A stretch of 64,000 nucleotides of DNA from the sequence record NC_061442.1; one strand, 5' to 3'. Below are positions 18,755 through 29,200 of the stretch, piece after piece. The stretch's first letter is position 1. The number at the start of each line of letters is the position of its first letter. The translations under genes and the position numbers were made by a program. The notes below the pieces were generated by a model, which was given only the letters and a program-made list of their open reading frames with translations, was not told the origin of the DNA and ran no database searches.

Positions 18755-21700
18755 TTACACTGCCTTGTTTTTGGTAGTGGTGAGTTTCAGACGGTCAAGC
18801 GCCGTCGTCACTTTCTTGATGTTCGTGATATTGTAACCAGCTTTCACGATCTTGTTGATACGTGCTTTAGCGCCAGCGACATTCTTCACGAAACCAATCC
18901 ACATGCCAGGTGAGGAGTCGAAAGTACCAAACTTACGAGTGTTTGGAATCTTCGTACCGATGAAGCGTTTCATCTGCGGGTTTGTGTTCAGGTCGAACAT
19001 GATGCGCAGACGATCTTCCATCACCATAGGGTATGCCTTGACGTGTTTCTTATCAGAGGCTGCCTTGTGACGAATCAGGAAGAACTGCTTCAACTGCTCT
19101 TGAGCTTTCAACGCCAGTTTGATATTGAAGCCCATACGCGGCGTAGACTCGTCGAAGAAGTCCAGCACGAACTCCAAGCGCTTCTCAGAAGGCTTGTCGA
19201 ACACCAGTTTCTTCTTAACCTCTATGAAGTCGAGCATCTTCTCGAAGTCTGCATAGTAGGCACAGTCGTAATACACGTAGTCACCAAACTCCACGAAGTC
19301 GAATGCTTTGAGGGCTTTCGCATCAGGGTCGGTGGCGTTCGCGTAAATAGCCACGAAGCCGTTGTATACGGTAGGAGTCAATTCAAGCTCCATGTCCGCA
19401 CCAGTTGCGTCTTCAACAGCGGCAGCAACAGGTTTCTTACGACGGGTTGTGTTATCCAGCGCAGGCAGATCAGCAGGCTTACGACGACGAACACGACCAG
19501 CAGCCTCAGCAACACCTTCGTTGATTGGCTTACCTTCTGCCTTGTTCTCGGTACGTTTCTTGGCCCGAGCGGTCTTACGCGCTACTGCTACAACCTTCTT
19601 CTCTGTCTCAACCGTATCGGCAGTCTCAGTCTCGTCCTGAATGGTGTCTTCAACTTCAACACGATTCGCTTCGGCTGTAGCACGTTTGCGATCTTTCTCA
19701 TTCGCCCACGGCTTACGAGTCTCGAAGAACTTCTTGAGATCAGACTTATCAACTTTCGTTGCGATGTGAACCTTAGACGCAGGGAAGCTGACAGTCTCGC
19801 CTGTACCAGCCAGACGCACACGCACGGTACTGATTGGACTATCTGCCCGGAGTTTACCGTCAACAGTACGCACAGTCACAGACACTACAACACCATTGCC
19901 GTATTCAGTCACGACAGGTGCACGGGCCAGAGAGTCTTTCAGGCCTTCGCCGCTTGTGAAGTTACGGTTACGCGCCCAGTCAAGCAGACGCTCAAGGCCC
20001 CAGCCGTAGCGGTCAGGAATCTTCTGGTTAGCAACAAACGGAGTCTGCTCCATAACACGGAAGTCGTTCAGAGCAGGCGTGGACGGCAGTGCTTGCATTG
20101 CTGCAATCGTCGTCTTACGCATCTCTTGGAACTCCTGAGACTCGATATCGTTCAGCTCGCGTTTCGCAATGAAGTAATCTGCGAAGTCCGCCATTGTGTT
20201 GTTATCAATCAGAAGCTTGGCGCTCATTTTGATTGGTTCCAACTTGAACTGATCGAGTGCTTCGTAACGCTGGTTGCCCTTCTCGTCGAAGCGCGTTTTC
20301 TCCAGTGTCTTCCACATCAGGCGAGCGACCTTACCAACTTCAAGGGTCTTGTTCGTCATCACCCAGTCGATGAACACAACTTCACGGGCCATGTCGCCTG
20401 GCTTACCGTTCTCGTCGAGTTTTGCAGCAGCAACATCAGGACGGAAGATACGCGCAGTAGACTGGTCGTAAGTACCCGGTGACCACGGCGTATCGCAGCG
20501 GATGATACGACTACCCATCTGCATGTTGTGGCCTTCGGAGATTGCCTGTTCGTTCGCAATCAGAATCTGGACATTGTTGTCCGTTTTGAATGCGTCGAGG
20601 TTAGCGTCTTTGTTTTGCCCCAGCTTACCAACTTCACCGTGATACACTACAGCGACTTTCTTGTAGTTCTCAGGCAGAGCGTTGTAGATAGCGTTTGCGG
20701 AACGGACATAGCGCGTGAAGACAATCAGTTTACCCTGCACCTCTGGTTTCCAGTAGTCTGGATCATCTGGTGGAGGCGTCATTGAAGGCGGCAGCGCTTG
20801 ACGCTTGAACTCTTCGGACTGCTTACGTGCCAGATACTTCTGACCGTTGTAGACAGCAATGTCCAGTTCACGAGGAGTAACGCCTGGCTTCCAGTCGAAG
20901 ATCTGCTGTTCACCAACCATCTGGTCACGCTCAGGCTGCACTTCGAAGTGCTTCTTGATGCGGTCGATGATCGTCATGACTTTAGCAGAGGTGAAGCTGG
21001 TAACGCCAGCGGCTTCAAACGTCATACGTGCAACGTCATCACCCATTGGGTCAGTCAACATCATTTCCATACGCTGGAAGTACATGTTCAGATCGGCGTT
21101 ACCTGCAAGCAGCGCACCCAGGTCATCGCCTTCTTCGATATCGTCTTCGTCAATGTCAGAAGCGGCATCGTTATCACCACCAGCATCTTCGTCGTCGTCA
21201 TCGTTGGAGGCAGAGGCTTTGCGCTTCGCAGCGTTAGCAGCTTCCTGCAATTTCTCCAGCACCTGCTCATACATCGCGCTGTACACTTCCAGGTGTAGGC
21301 CCGAGTTAGGAACAGATGGGTCATCGATCTCAACCTGAATGAAGGTATCAATCGGGTTAGGCAGCATGAATGCCCAGTGCTTACGCTTGAACGAGATGAA
21401 CGCAGTGTGGTTCGCCATACGAGAGTGAGCACGACGAATCATTTCGATATCGTCCTTCGCACCGTCGTAAGCCACGTCAAGGTTATCACCAAACATAGCT
21501 GGTGTCATCAACGCAGCCTGACCTACGATATCACGCACACGGTCTGTTACCAGAGTACCTGTAGCGATACGAGCATAGCGAACGGACGGAGCTGTGAACA
21601 CTGCTTTGGTGTTGAAGTGCACCTGAGAACCAGCCTGACCACCAGAGAAGTTCTTCACCTTGTGCGATTCATCGAGCAGCACATAGCTGAAACGGAAGCG

Positions 21701-24604
21701 GTTGACGAACTCCACAGCACCACGAATACGAACGCGCACACCGCCAATGTCAACGTTGAACGTACCAGTCTGCAAGAAGCTCAAGCCCACGATGTAGATC
21801 GTGTTGCGAGGAGCCTGCTGGATAACGTCATACATGCGGTCTTCGCCCCACGTGTTAACAGTGTCAGCAGTAATAGGTACTGCGTTCCAGCCGTCAACGA
21901 TTTTGTGGAGGTCATCACACCAGTTAGCCACTAGGTTAGATGGGCAGATGATCAGAGGACGAATTGTTTCTTCACCCAGGTCATCCAGCTCTTTAATCAG
22001 AGCAGCAACGTCAGACAGACCGATGATAGTCTTACCACCGCCAGGCGCGATAAAGATAGTCGCAAAGCGAGGACGGCGACGCAGAGTTTTATGCGCTTCA
22101 ACCTGATGTGGAAGTAACGCAGCACCATCACGCAAACCAGGAATACGGATATCGTCAATCGTGATACCGCTGTCCGGTTTCAGTTTCTCAATCTCCACCT
22201 CAGCCTGTTCGAAGTATTCGAGAGACTTAGGAATCACTTCGCTGTACAGCGCGGCGAATGGCAGAATGATCTGTTGCAGACGGTCAGAACCAGGAGCCGT
22301 GTCGCTTTCAATCAGAGAGCTAAACAGCTTCTTACGATCAGACTTAGTGATCGCATTGGCCATTTCACGGTAGACTGCACCACCAAAGTAGTTGTTCAGT
22401 CGTGCCATGTCAGCCAGCTTCGACGTTTCACCCATCACGAAGTAGTGAGTGTGTGACGGCAGCGATTCTGTTGCAGCCTGAATGCTTCCCATCTCGGTGA
22501 GAGAGGTAGAGATCAGGTTAGAGCCACGCAGACCAGCAGCATCGTTCAGTACGCGAATCATGATACGCATCACGGTCAGTGCTGGCCGCTCTTCCGCAAT
22601 CTCAGGAATCGAGAAGTCGTTCTCAATCAGGTTCTGATACAGGTTCTGGTCCATTGGACTTTCTGCCAATGAAGCGTTCTCCGCATCCATACCGATTGCA
22701 ACACGCGCGTTCTGAATCAGCGTCTTCATGTCAGGAACTTGTTTGTTCTTGAGCATGAACTCATACGTCTGACAAGTAGACGCAATGATCTGAATCAGTT
22801 CGTGAAGGTTTGAACCTTCGGTGCTGTTGTACTTGATAGTGCTATCAGAGACAGCTTCTACCAAACGACCTGCACCAGACTCAGCTTTTGCCGCTTCAAT
22901 CATCATGTCGTTAGACGTGCGATAAGCAGGCATCATGCCGGAGGATTGGTTCTTATGGATGTTACCGATCACGTTAGACACAGAGCGATAGTTCGGTGCT
23001 TCACCAGGCTCTGCAAAGTCATAGCCCAGTGAGTCAGCAACGTCCAGAGCTGTAGGAGATTTCATACCAACGGTACGAGTCTCTTTAACATCAAGGCCGC
23101 CACCATTCGAAGTGTTGACGATCAGCGCGAAGTCTGGATCGATACCAATACACACGTTGCTGAAACGGTTCAGGGTTTTAGCTTTAGCCTGAATATCGCG
23201 GTCGAAGTCCAGATTGCCGTTCTGAATAGCGAACATGCTGGTACGCAGTGTATCGTGGTCAGTAGACAGCGGCACACCTTTCTCAAACAGGCTCTCCAGC
23301 ACATCGTTCAGCGTAGTCTCGTAGTTACGAACCATCTCAACGTCAATATCTTCACGGCGAGGCAGCACAGCGAGAGTACCGTTCGGCATGATCGTCAGAC
23401 CGTTGTCGTCAGCAACAACGTCATTAACTACATAGCCAAACTTCTCACGGAGTTTCTTCAACTCAGGCAGAGTGGTGGCTGAGGTAACGTAGCGTGGGAT
23501 ACGCGCAGCACGAGTGATACCAGTACGAGTAGAGCCAGCAACACGGAAGTAGTAGCTCGCCCAGCCCTGGAACCAACGATACAGACACATGGTCTGCGTG
23601 TCAGCACCCTGACTGATGTACTCCACCAGCTCTTTTTCGAAGTTAACGATCAACCCAGCTTCAACACGAACGTCGATAGCGAGAGCAACATCGTTAAAGT
23701 CAACAGGCGTGTCGTGACTGATCTTCATCGCCTGGAGCTTGCGCTCAATCATTGCCTTACCGGGCACAGGACGAATGCCAATAGTCATGAAGTCGCCCAG
23801 CGCTTCTGCGGCAGCCTTGTCCAGATTACGGAACAAGTCAATGTCGATGCCGTTCATCGCAGGGTGAATAGAGCGCAGTGCTGCGTTATAAACAGACCAG
23901 TCTTTATCGAGAGGTATACGTACCATCTTCGTATCAAAGACGTTGCCGTTGGAGCGCTCTACGCCGAAGATATCTTTGTACAGAGTCTTCGCCACACGAA
24001 TCGCAGACTGTGCGATCTCTGAGCTGTATGTACGCAGATTGGCGCTTTCGAAGCTCGCATCATTATCAACGCGAGGACGGTCGCTACCCTGATTGTTCAG
24101 GACGTTAAAGTTACCGTGCGCTGCCAGTTGGCTGGTAGGAACAGGCGTACCAGACATGACAATATCTTTACCGCCCGGATATCGCGTACTGTTTTCAATG
24201 ATAGCGCCCGACGAGGCAGACAGATGCTCGGCGAGTGAGGTCTTAATCTCACGGCTCAGCTTATCTCCGTTCAGCGTCATGTTAATGCGCATGGTCGCCA
24301 GATCGATGTTCGCCTTGATACGCTTGGTAAACTCCTCAGGAGCAACCTCCAGCATATCTTCGAACTCTGCACCGTTGACGACGATGTAGCTGATCAAGTC
24401 AAAGGCTGCGTATAAGCGAGCGACGGTTGACGCGGTGAATACTGCAAGGGTTTCGTAGTTACGACGAGACTTCCCTGTAGCATACATCTTCGACATTTTA
24501 CCATCGAACGCGGGCGGCAACGCACGGATAGCAAGCGCCTGGTTAAAGGTGTCGGCGATCTGCTGGGTTGCGGTTGCTGAGGTACTGATCATTTGATTCA
24601 TCAT
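18755..24604 (-). CDS. Large SNF2-family (SF2) ATPase/helicase, 1949 aa
   Basis: LLPHQVEA, APGGGKT, PLIICPSNLVANW, LLDESHKVKN, IATGT, LIVFTRY, SEGHNMQ, WSPGTYDQSTARIFR; long uncharacterised N- and C-terminal regions. Confidence 0.88.
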   Translation of the reverse strand: MMNQMISTSATATQQIADTFNQALAIRALPPAFDGKMSKMYATGKSRRNYETLAVFTASTVARLYAAFDLISYIVVNGAEFEDMLEVAPEEFTKRIKANIDLATMRINMTLNGDKLSREIKTSLAEHLSASSGAIIENSTRYPGGKDIVMSGTPVPTSQLAAHGNFNVLNNQGSDRPRVDNDASFESANLRTYSSEIAQSAIRVAKTLYKDIFGVERSNGNVFDTKMVRIPLDKDWSVYNAALRSIHPAMNGIDIDLFRNLDKAAAEALGDFMTIGIRPVPGKAMIERKLQAMKISHDTPVDFNDVALAIDVRVEAGLIVNFEKELVEYISQGADTQTMCLYRWFQGWASYYFRVAGSTRTGITRAARIPRYVTSATTLPELKKLREKFGYVVNDVVADDNGLTIMPNGTLAVLPRREDIDVEMVRNYETTLNDVLESLFEKGVPLSTDHDTLRTSMFAIQNGNLDFDRDIQAKAKTLNRFSNVCIGIDPDFALIVNTSNGGGLDVKETRTVGMKSPTALDVADSLGYDFAEPGEAPNYRSVSNVIGNIHKNQSSGMMPAYRTSNDMMIEAAKAESGAGRLVEAVSDSTIKYNSTEGSNLHELIQIIASTCQTYEFMLKNKQVPDMKTLIQNARVAIGMDAENASLAESPMDQNLYQNLIENDFSIPEIAEERPALTVMRIMIRVLNDAAGLRGSNLISTSLTEMGSIQAATESLPSHTHYFVMGETSKLADMARLNNYFGGAVYREMANAITKSDRKKLFSSLIESDTAPGSDRLQQIILPFAALYSEVIPKSLEYFEQAEVEIEKLKPDSGITIDDIRIPGLRDGAALLPHQVEAHKTLRRRPRFATIFIAPGGGKTIIGLSDVAALIKELDDLGEETIRPLIICPSNLVANWCDDLHKIVDGWNAVPITADTVNTWGEDRMYDVIQQAPRNTIYIVGLSFLQTGTFNVDIGGVRVRIRGAVEFVNRFRFSYVLLDESHKVKNFSGGQAGSQVHFNTKAVFTAPSVRYARIATGTLVTDRVRDIVGQAALMTPAMFGDNLDVAYDGAKDDIEMIRRAHSRMANHTAFISFKRKHWAFMLPNPIDTFIQVEIDDPSVPNSGLHLEVYSAMYEQVLEKLQEAANAAKRKASASNDDDDEDAGGDNDAASDIDEDDIEEGDDLGALLAGNADLNMYFQRMEMMLTDPMGDDVARMTFEAAGVTSFTSAKVMTIIDRIKKHFEVQPERDQMVGEQQIFDWKPGVTPRELDIAVYNGQKYLARKQSEEFKRQALPPSMTPPPDDPDYWKPEVQGKLIVFTRYVRSANAIYNALPENYKKVAVVYHGEVGKLGQNKDANLDAFKTDNNVQILIANEQAISEGHNMQMGSRIIRCDTPWSPGTYDQSTARIFRPDVAAAKLDENGKPGDMAREVVFIDWVMTNKTLEVGKVARLMWKTLEKTRFDEKGNQRYEALDQFKLEPIKMSAKLLIDNNTMADFADYFIAKRELNDIESQEFQEMRKTTIAAMQALPSTPALNDFRVMEQTPFVANQKIPDRYGWGLERLLDWARNRNFTSGEGLKDSLARAPVVTEYGNGVVVSVTVRTVDGKLRADSPISTVRVRLAGTGETVSFPASKVHIATKVDKSDLKKFFETRKPWANEKDRKRATAEANRVEVEDTIQDETETADTVETEKKVVAVARKTARAKKRTENKAEGKPINEGVAEAAGRVRRRKPADLPALDNTTRRKKPVAAAVEDATGADMELELTPTVYNGFVAIYANATDPDAKALKAFDFVEFGDYVYYDCAYYADFEKMLDFIEVKKKLVFDKPSEKRLEFVLDFFDESTPRMGFNIKLALKAQEQLKQFFLIRHKAASDKKHVKAYPMVMEDRLRIMFDLNTNPQMKRFIGTKIPNTRKFGTFDSSPGMWIGFVKNVAGAKARINKIVKAGYNITNIKKVTTALDRLKLTTTKNKAV

Positions 24605-25098
24605 TCACCCAGTTTACTATAGTTGTCGATTACAGACGTCCACACCGCAGGTACAGGCAGGCGTCGGTCCGCAGCGATATCAGAAAGCACGATGGCCAGC
24701 GCATAAGCACGAAGTGGGTTCAATCCCTCAAACTTATCACGGGTGAACACCGAAGTCAGTTGCTCATTGGTCAACGTCTGATACTGCGCTCTGTATTCAG
24801 TCAGGTAGGTGCGATACTTACCGTCGTCAACAGGCGTGGTGTCAGGAGTGTTCTGCACATAGAGCAGCGCTTTCCCCAACGCATCCATAATCAGCAGCAA
24901 GTCTGCTTGATCGTACGGCGTGATATCAGGAACGTTAGAAGTGCCGAGCAGTTCAATGACTGACTCAGGCAATTGGATAGGCTCTTGGGCCTCAGATATG
25001 GACTCAATAATCCCCTGCGCAGCACCCGCATAGCTCTTTCCGCTTAACGAGATACTTGACAGTAAGGAATGGAGCCGCGTATTTACGTCGTGCGTCAC
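24601..25098 (-). CDS. Hypothetical protein with SISLSG leader
   Basis: Likely GTG start at 25098 (SD AGGAG): MTHDVNTRLHSLLSSISLSGK. Confidence 0.6.
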   Translation of the reverse strand: MTHDVNTRLHSLLSSISLSGKSYAGAAQGIIESISEAQEPIQLPESVIELLGTSNVPDITPYDQADLLLIMDALGKALLYVQNTPDTTPVDDGKYRTYLTEYRAQYQTLTNEQLTSVFTRDKFEGLNPLRAYALAIVLSDIAADRRLPVPAVWTSVIDNYSKLGE

Positions 25099-25108
25099 GG
25101 TTCTTCTC

Positions 25109-25891
25109 CTAGATAAAAATGCTCTTGACCAGAGAGTTGAGTTTCTTTTCCACAGCATGTTTCTTGTGCGTGGTCAGGAAGCTGCACAGGCGACGGGACT
25201 GTAGATGCAGAGCAATAGCATTGCCCTTGACGCGCATACAATCAACACCCAGATCAATATTCCACGGATGCCAAGCACGGGGTGCAAGCATCGCCTGTTG
25301 GATATTTGGATAAGTGTCCATCACAACGGGTATCGCAGACTTCGCCAGTTTCTTGGTCAAATTATCAGTTTTGAACAAAGCCTTAGGCTGTTTGTTCGAA
25401 AACCAGTAAGGAATCTGCTTGTGAAGCAACTCGCCCACTTTCGGAATACCACTACGAGTAGTATGAGGTACATAGACCAAATAGATATCGATCGTGGTAT
25501 TGATGCAGTTCGCAACACGGTTATAATCGCTGGTGGTCCGTGAGTGAACTTCTGCGAGTTTGAACTTGTTGGTGAACTCAATGCGTTGTAACCACTGACG
25601 CAAGTCCTGTTGTTGCAGACGGAGCAGAGCGCGAGCCGTCTCAAGAGAATGCTTAGTCACAGAAGGAATAGGACGGAGCAGATACTTAGTGCTCGTCTTC
25701 GCCAGCGAGGACATGAAACCTTCAACAACACGCTGCATACCCAAAGGCTGAGGCAGCGAATGGAATAAATCGACTGCGGTCTGTGTTGTTATGAACGCAC
25801 CCCACGCTTCGATGTACTCTGGGCTAACGCAATCAGGGAACGCACGTAGGTTCAATCCTACTTCGGAGCCATAGCGTTTCAAACGACTCAC
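25109..25891 (-). CDS. Hypothetical protein
   Basis: 260 aa; GTGA overlap with the HNH gene stop. Confidence 0.6.
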   Translation of the reverse strand: MSRLKRYGSEVGLNLRAFPDCVSPEYIEAWGAFITTQTAVDLFHSLPQPLGMQRVVEGFMSSLAKTSTKYLLRPIPSVTKHSLETARALLRLQQQDLRQWLQRIEFTNKFKLAEVHSRTTSDYNRVANCINTTIDIYLVYVPHTTRSGIPKVGELLHKQIPYWFSNKQPKALFKTDNLTKKLAKSAIPVVMDTYPNIQQAMLAPRAWHPWNIDLGVDCMRVKGNAIALHLQSRRLCSFLTTHKKHAVEKKLNSLVKSIFI

Positions 25892-26253
25892 TTTCTACCT
25901 CCGTGCAGCAGTCTGGAACCTCTGCGGTTCGCAGTGCCTATCTGATTATTATCGCACACATAGCATAGCAGTTCAAGATTGTGCTTCATGTTAGAACCGC
26001 CATTAGCGTGTGCAATTTTATGGTTGAGTATAAGCTCTCGCGTAGGCTTACCACAACGTTCGCAGTAATATCCACGCTCGTCGATGATACTCATTTTGAG
26101 CTTGGTCCATTCTGCTCGATCCATACGGACGTGAGTGCCTGCGCGGGCTCGTTCAAATCCAGTTACGCCAGCAAGACGCTGAGAGGTAGACAGACTCCGC
26201 CCACGTCCTCCTTGTGCTCTTGCTGCAATACCACCTCTAGGTCTGTATGCCAT
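25888..26253 (-). CDS. HNH endonuclease with Arg/Gly-rich N-terminus
   Basis: CERCGK...NHKIAHANGGSNMKHNLELLCYVC. Confidence 0.8.
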   Translation of the reverse strand: MAYRPRGGIAARAQGGRGRSLSTSQRLAGVTGFERARAGTHVRMDRAEWTKLKMSIIDERGYYCERCGKPTRELILNHKIAHANGGSNMKHNLELLCYVCDNNQIGTANRRGSRLLHGGRK

Positions 26254-26278
26254 GTGCCTATTCTCCTAAATACAATGA

Positions 26279-26287
26279 TATTTACAG
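26279..26287 (-). promoter_or_regulatory. Phage promoter motif CTGTAAATA
   Basis: Intergenic, 26 nt upstream of the HNH start. Confidence 0.65.
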
Positions 26288-26289
26288 AC

Positions 26290-27096
26290 TTACGCAGAGG
26301 CGGAGAAGATCTGTACCGTCTTATCCAGTCCAGCTTGATACGATTGTTCCACGTCTTTCGCAGCACGTCGAATGATGTTCTGCGTAGAGTTCTGGGCAGC
26401 AGAGATAAGCTCAACAGGTAGGTTCTTTTTGTTCCAAGCATTAATCTGGTGGAACACGCCAACAAGAATCGTACCAGCAGACTCGGCGAATGGTCCAAGT
26501 ACCTCTGCGTTAAGAATCTCACCCAACTGGCCAACGTCACGCAGCGCACGTAGGTCTGCAATGATCTCACGCATCTGGTTATACAGTTGCATAAGCGCAT
26601 AGATATCACGGCTCTGCTTGGACTTTTTATACTGCGCCTCACAGATACGAGCCATGTCCTGACACTGCACGAACATGGTCATGTACTCGGCAATCTGCTC
26701 GTTCTCTTGTTTGATGACGTCAGGGATTTCGTCAATGACTTCAAGTAACTGACCTTCAAGAACGGCCACATCAGTGATTCCTTTCTTAGCCTTGTCCTTC
26801 TTGGACTTCTTCTTGATTGTATCGGCAGCGTTTTCTTTCTTCTTTTTCTTCTTCGGCTTTTCGTCGATAGAAGATATTGCCTTTTGGGTATTGGCGATAT
26901 CTGCGTAAAGTTCTTCTGGGTTAAGCACACCAGGCATGATATCTTTCGAAGGGTCTTTCTTCTTTTTCTTTTTGACTTTCACGCCTTTGCTAACTGTCTT
27001 AGCTTTAACAGCGGTAGTCTTAGCTTTCACTTTCGCTTTGCCTTTCTTTGTAGGCTGTGCGTAAGAGCCAATGTCATCCAAGCTTATGGCCGCCAT
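26290..27096 (-). CDS. Hypothetical protein: poly-Lys N-terminal half and helical C-terminal half
   Basis: 268 aa, SD GAGGA; K6 runs. Confidence 0.65.
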   Translation of the reverse strand: MAAISLDDIGSYAQPTKKGKAKVKAKTTAVKAKTVSKGVKVKKKKKKDPSKDIMPGVLNPEELYADIANTQKAISSIDEKPKKKKKKENAADTIKKKSKKDKAKKGITDVAVLEGQLLEVIDEIPDVIKQENEQIAEYMTMFVQCQDMARICEAQYKKSKQSRDIYALMQLYNQMREIIADLRALRDVGQLGEILNAEVLGPFAESAGTILVGVFHQINAWNKKNLPVELISAAQNSTQNIIRRAAKDVEQSYQAGLDKTVQIFSASA

Positions 27097-27118
27097 GTGA
27101 AAATCCTCTGTAGAAACG

Positions 27119-27146
27119 AAAAAGGGAACCCCGCGAGGCTCCCTTT
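27119..27146 (-). terminator. Intrinsic terminator
   Basis: AAAGGGAGCCUC-GCGG-GGUUCCCUUUU-type stem with G-U pairs after the stop at 27156. Confidence 0.7.
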
Positions 27147-27155
27147 AGGGTTTGA

Positions 27156-27956
27156 TTAGAAGCTGTGACCTTTGATGATACCAGCAATCTTGCTGTAGTA
27201 GTCCGGGCTGTAGCGGAACACTTGAGCATAGTAGCTCAACAGCTTAGGTACGTCAACGCCAGCAGCGGCAGACACGCTATCAACGGCAGGGAACTGGTTC
27301 GGGTCCAGTTCGTCGCCAGACAGAACAGCAACCATAGACATGGAGCTAATCTGTTCTTCGTTGCCTTCCTGATCAACCACCAGCATGGTATTGTCATCGG
27401 TAACGTTAGCAGCAACGAAACCAATCTTCAACGCGCCTGAGTTAGACACGAAGCTGACCATATCACCGCCTACAGCCGCCGCCAGAATCGCTTCATTGCG
27501 CAGGATTGCCTGAGCCAGTTCAGGACGCTGGGCCGAGAAGTTAACAGTCGAGGCACCGCTGACAGAACGAATCATGTCAATCAGTTCAGCGTTGTCATTG
27601 GCGGAGCTGTCACGCACCAGAACGTCTTCACCGGATTCAGATTTACGCACATGCCACATGCGCTCGCTCTGGTCCATGTACATGTTCTTAGACAGTGCCT
27701 GGAACTGATCGCCCATCTGAGACACAGGGATGATATCCTGCATACGGCTCATGATAGTACGCACGAAGCTGGTGGTCTTACCGCCTTCGATCAGAGTGGA
27801 TGCACCGTCGACTGGAAGATATTCGCGGTTGCAGGATGCACTTACGATTGCGCCGAAGTTATCAGCGATGTTCTCACCCTGTGCGTGGGTTAACTGTACG
27901 ATGGCAACGCTCTGAGTGTCGTTGACCTGATCGATCTGTTTAATGAAAGCCTTCAT
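27156..27956 (-). CDS. Probable head/virion structural protein
   Basis: Likely start ATG 27956 (SD AGGAG at proper spacing); late-type motif upstream; internal RSVSGA and DSVSAA. Confidence 0.5.
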   Translation of the reverse strand: MKAFIKQIDQVNDTQSVAIVQLTHAQGENIADNFGAIVSASCNREYLPVDGASTLIEGGKTTSFVRTIMSRMQDIIPVSQMGDQFQALSKNMYMDQSERMWHVRKSESGEDVLVRDSSANDNAELIDMIRSVSGASTVNFSAQRPELAQAILRNEAILAAAVGGDMVSFVSNSGALKIGFVAANVTDDNTMLVVDQEGNEEQISSMSMVAVLSGDELDPNQFPAVDSVSAAAGVDVPKLLSYYAQVFRYSPDYYSKIAGIIKGHSF

Positions 27957-27985
27957 TGTCATCTCCTGAATATTTCGACAATATG

Positions 27986-27992
27986 AAATTAG
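27986..27992 (-). promoter_or_regulatory. Late-type promoter motif CTAATTT
   Basis: Intergenic, 30 nt upstream of start. Confidence 0.55.
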
Positions 27993-28003
27993 TATACTTA
28001 GGG

Positions 28004-29200
28004 TTAGCCAGTGACGCGATAACGTGCATTGACCCAGATACTGCGGTTACCAACAGTAGCCCATTTGGTGGTTGGGCTGTTTGTGATGCCGAGCTTGCCG
28101 AGTGAACGTGCACCGTCAATCGCATTGGCACCCTGAGAACCATCACCGTCGTTTATTCCAGCTTTAGACAGTTTGTTCTTCAAGTTCGTAACAGGACCTT
28201 GAATCTCCGTTTCGAGTTTGCCTAAAGCAGACTCAATAGACGGCGTACGGTCCATGTTTAAGTTAACCACCTGACCGGTGAAGTCAAATGCCAACTGACC
28301 TTCTGCTTGCAATTGAGCAGCAAGCGCGTAGTACGAAGCGCAGATAACCCAACCATTAAGGATGGTGCCTTGCATATTCGTGCCGTTGAAACCCGTCACA
28401 CGAGGACCAATCGTGTTGAACAGCGCAAGCCCACGATAGAGATAGTTGATGATCTCTGCCTGAGTATATTCCAACTCAGGGATAACGTTCATCGCACGGG
28501 CTTTGTTGATGTGGTCTTCTACCATAGATGCTGCAATCAGGATCTGCGGTGTAACAACCCAGAGCTTGTACGTGAACATCTTCGTAGTCTTACGAGTGTT
28601 CGATGTGTGCTGTGCGATTAAGCTGATAGGCTCCAGTCGTCTGACTGCTACCCACACAGGAATCTGAAACACACAAGTCTTGGCGCGGTTCACAACCATC
28701 TTCACACCAGAATCACCGCCGTCGATATCCGAAGCAATGATTTGGTTGTTGAGTGCAAGTTGGAATCTCAGCTTATCGCCACGCGTGTCGAAGTGAAACG
28801 GCAACGTCATCTCAAACGTTTCGTCATCACCGAACAGGCACACGATATCTGTCACGCGGTTCTCTGTCATAGGCTCAACAATGAGTTCCTGACGAGACTG
28901 CATGATTCCTTCTTCCGACTCATAGCGCCATGAGAGCAGCAAACGTTTATCGTCCACCAGCCCCATGTTGGGCACAGCAACATCAGCAGTCCATGCGCCC
29001 GGGATTTCCCCAGGCGTTGCGACTACCTGTGCCAGAATCGATCTATCATCAGGGTCAATGAGGCTTACGACAGGCCCCATGTCATCTGATAGCGGGTACA
29101 GTGGTTCGTCTAGGTCGTTATAGAAACTTTCCTCGACTACCAGTACGTTACCTTCTGTTGTGCGCATATCAGTCTGCCTTAGTGAGTCCCAGATACTCAA
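28004..29200 (-). CDS. Probable neck / head-tail adaptor (T4 gp13-like C-terminal half)
   Basis: ELEYTQAEIINYLYRGLALFN and FDFTGQVVNLNMDRT...LETEI resemble neck-protein patterns from memory; Ig-like N-terminal half. Confidence 0.4.
   Translation of the reverse strand: MSIWDSLRQTDMRTTEGNVLVVEESFYNDLDEPLYPLSDDMGPVVSLIDPDDRSILAQVVATPGEIPGAWTADVAVPNMGLVDDKRLLLSWRYESEEGIMQSRQELIVEPMTENRVTDIVCLFGDDETFEMTLPFHFDTRGDKLRFQLALNNQIIASDIDGGDSGVKMVVNRAKTCVFQIPVWVAVRRLEPISLIAQHTSNTRKTTKMFTYKLWVVTPQILIAASMVEDHINKARAMNVIPELEYTQAEIINYLYRGLALFNTIGPRVTGFNGTNMQGTILNGWVICASYYALAAQLQAEGQLAFDFTGQVVNLNMDRTPSIESALGKLETEIQGPVTNLKNKLSKAGINDGDGSQGANAIDGARSLGKLGITNSPTTKWATVGNRSIWVNARYRVTG

Noticed and set aside
19043-20482. 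479-aa plus-strand ORF inside the SNF2 gene; similar long antisense ORFs at 1433-2221, 37200-38063 and 59618-60553
   Set aside because: Exact antisense shadows of strongly codon-biased real genes; no SD and no recognisable motifs.
14120-24604. Inteins or introns in the polymerase and SNF2 genes
   Set aside because: Catalytic motifs are contiguous; no C/S...HN-C/S/T splice junctions or LAGLIDADG blocks seen.
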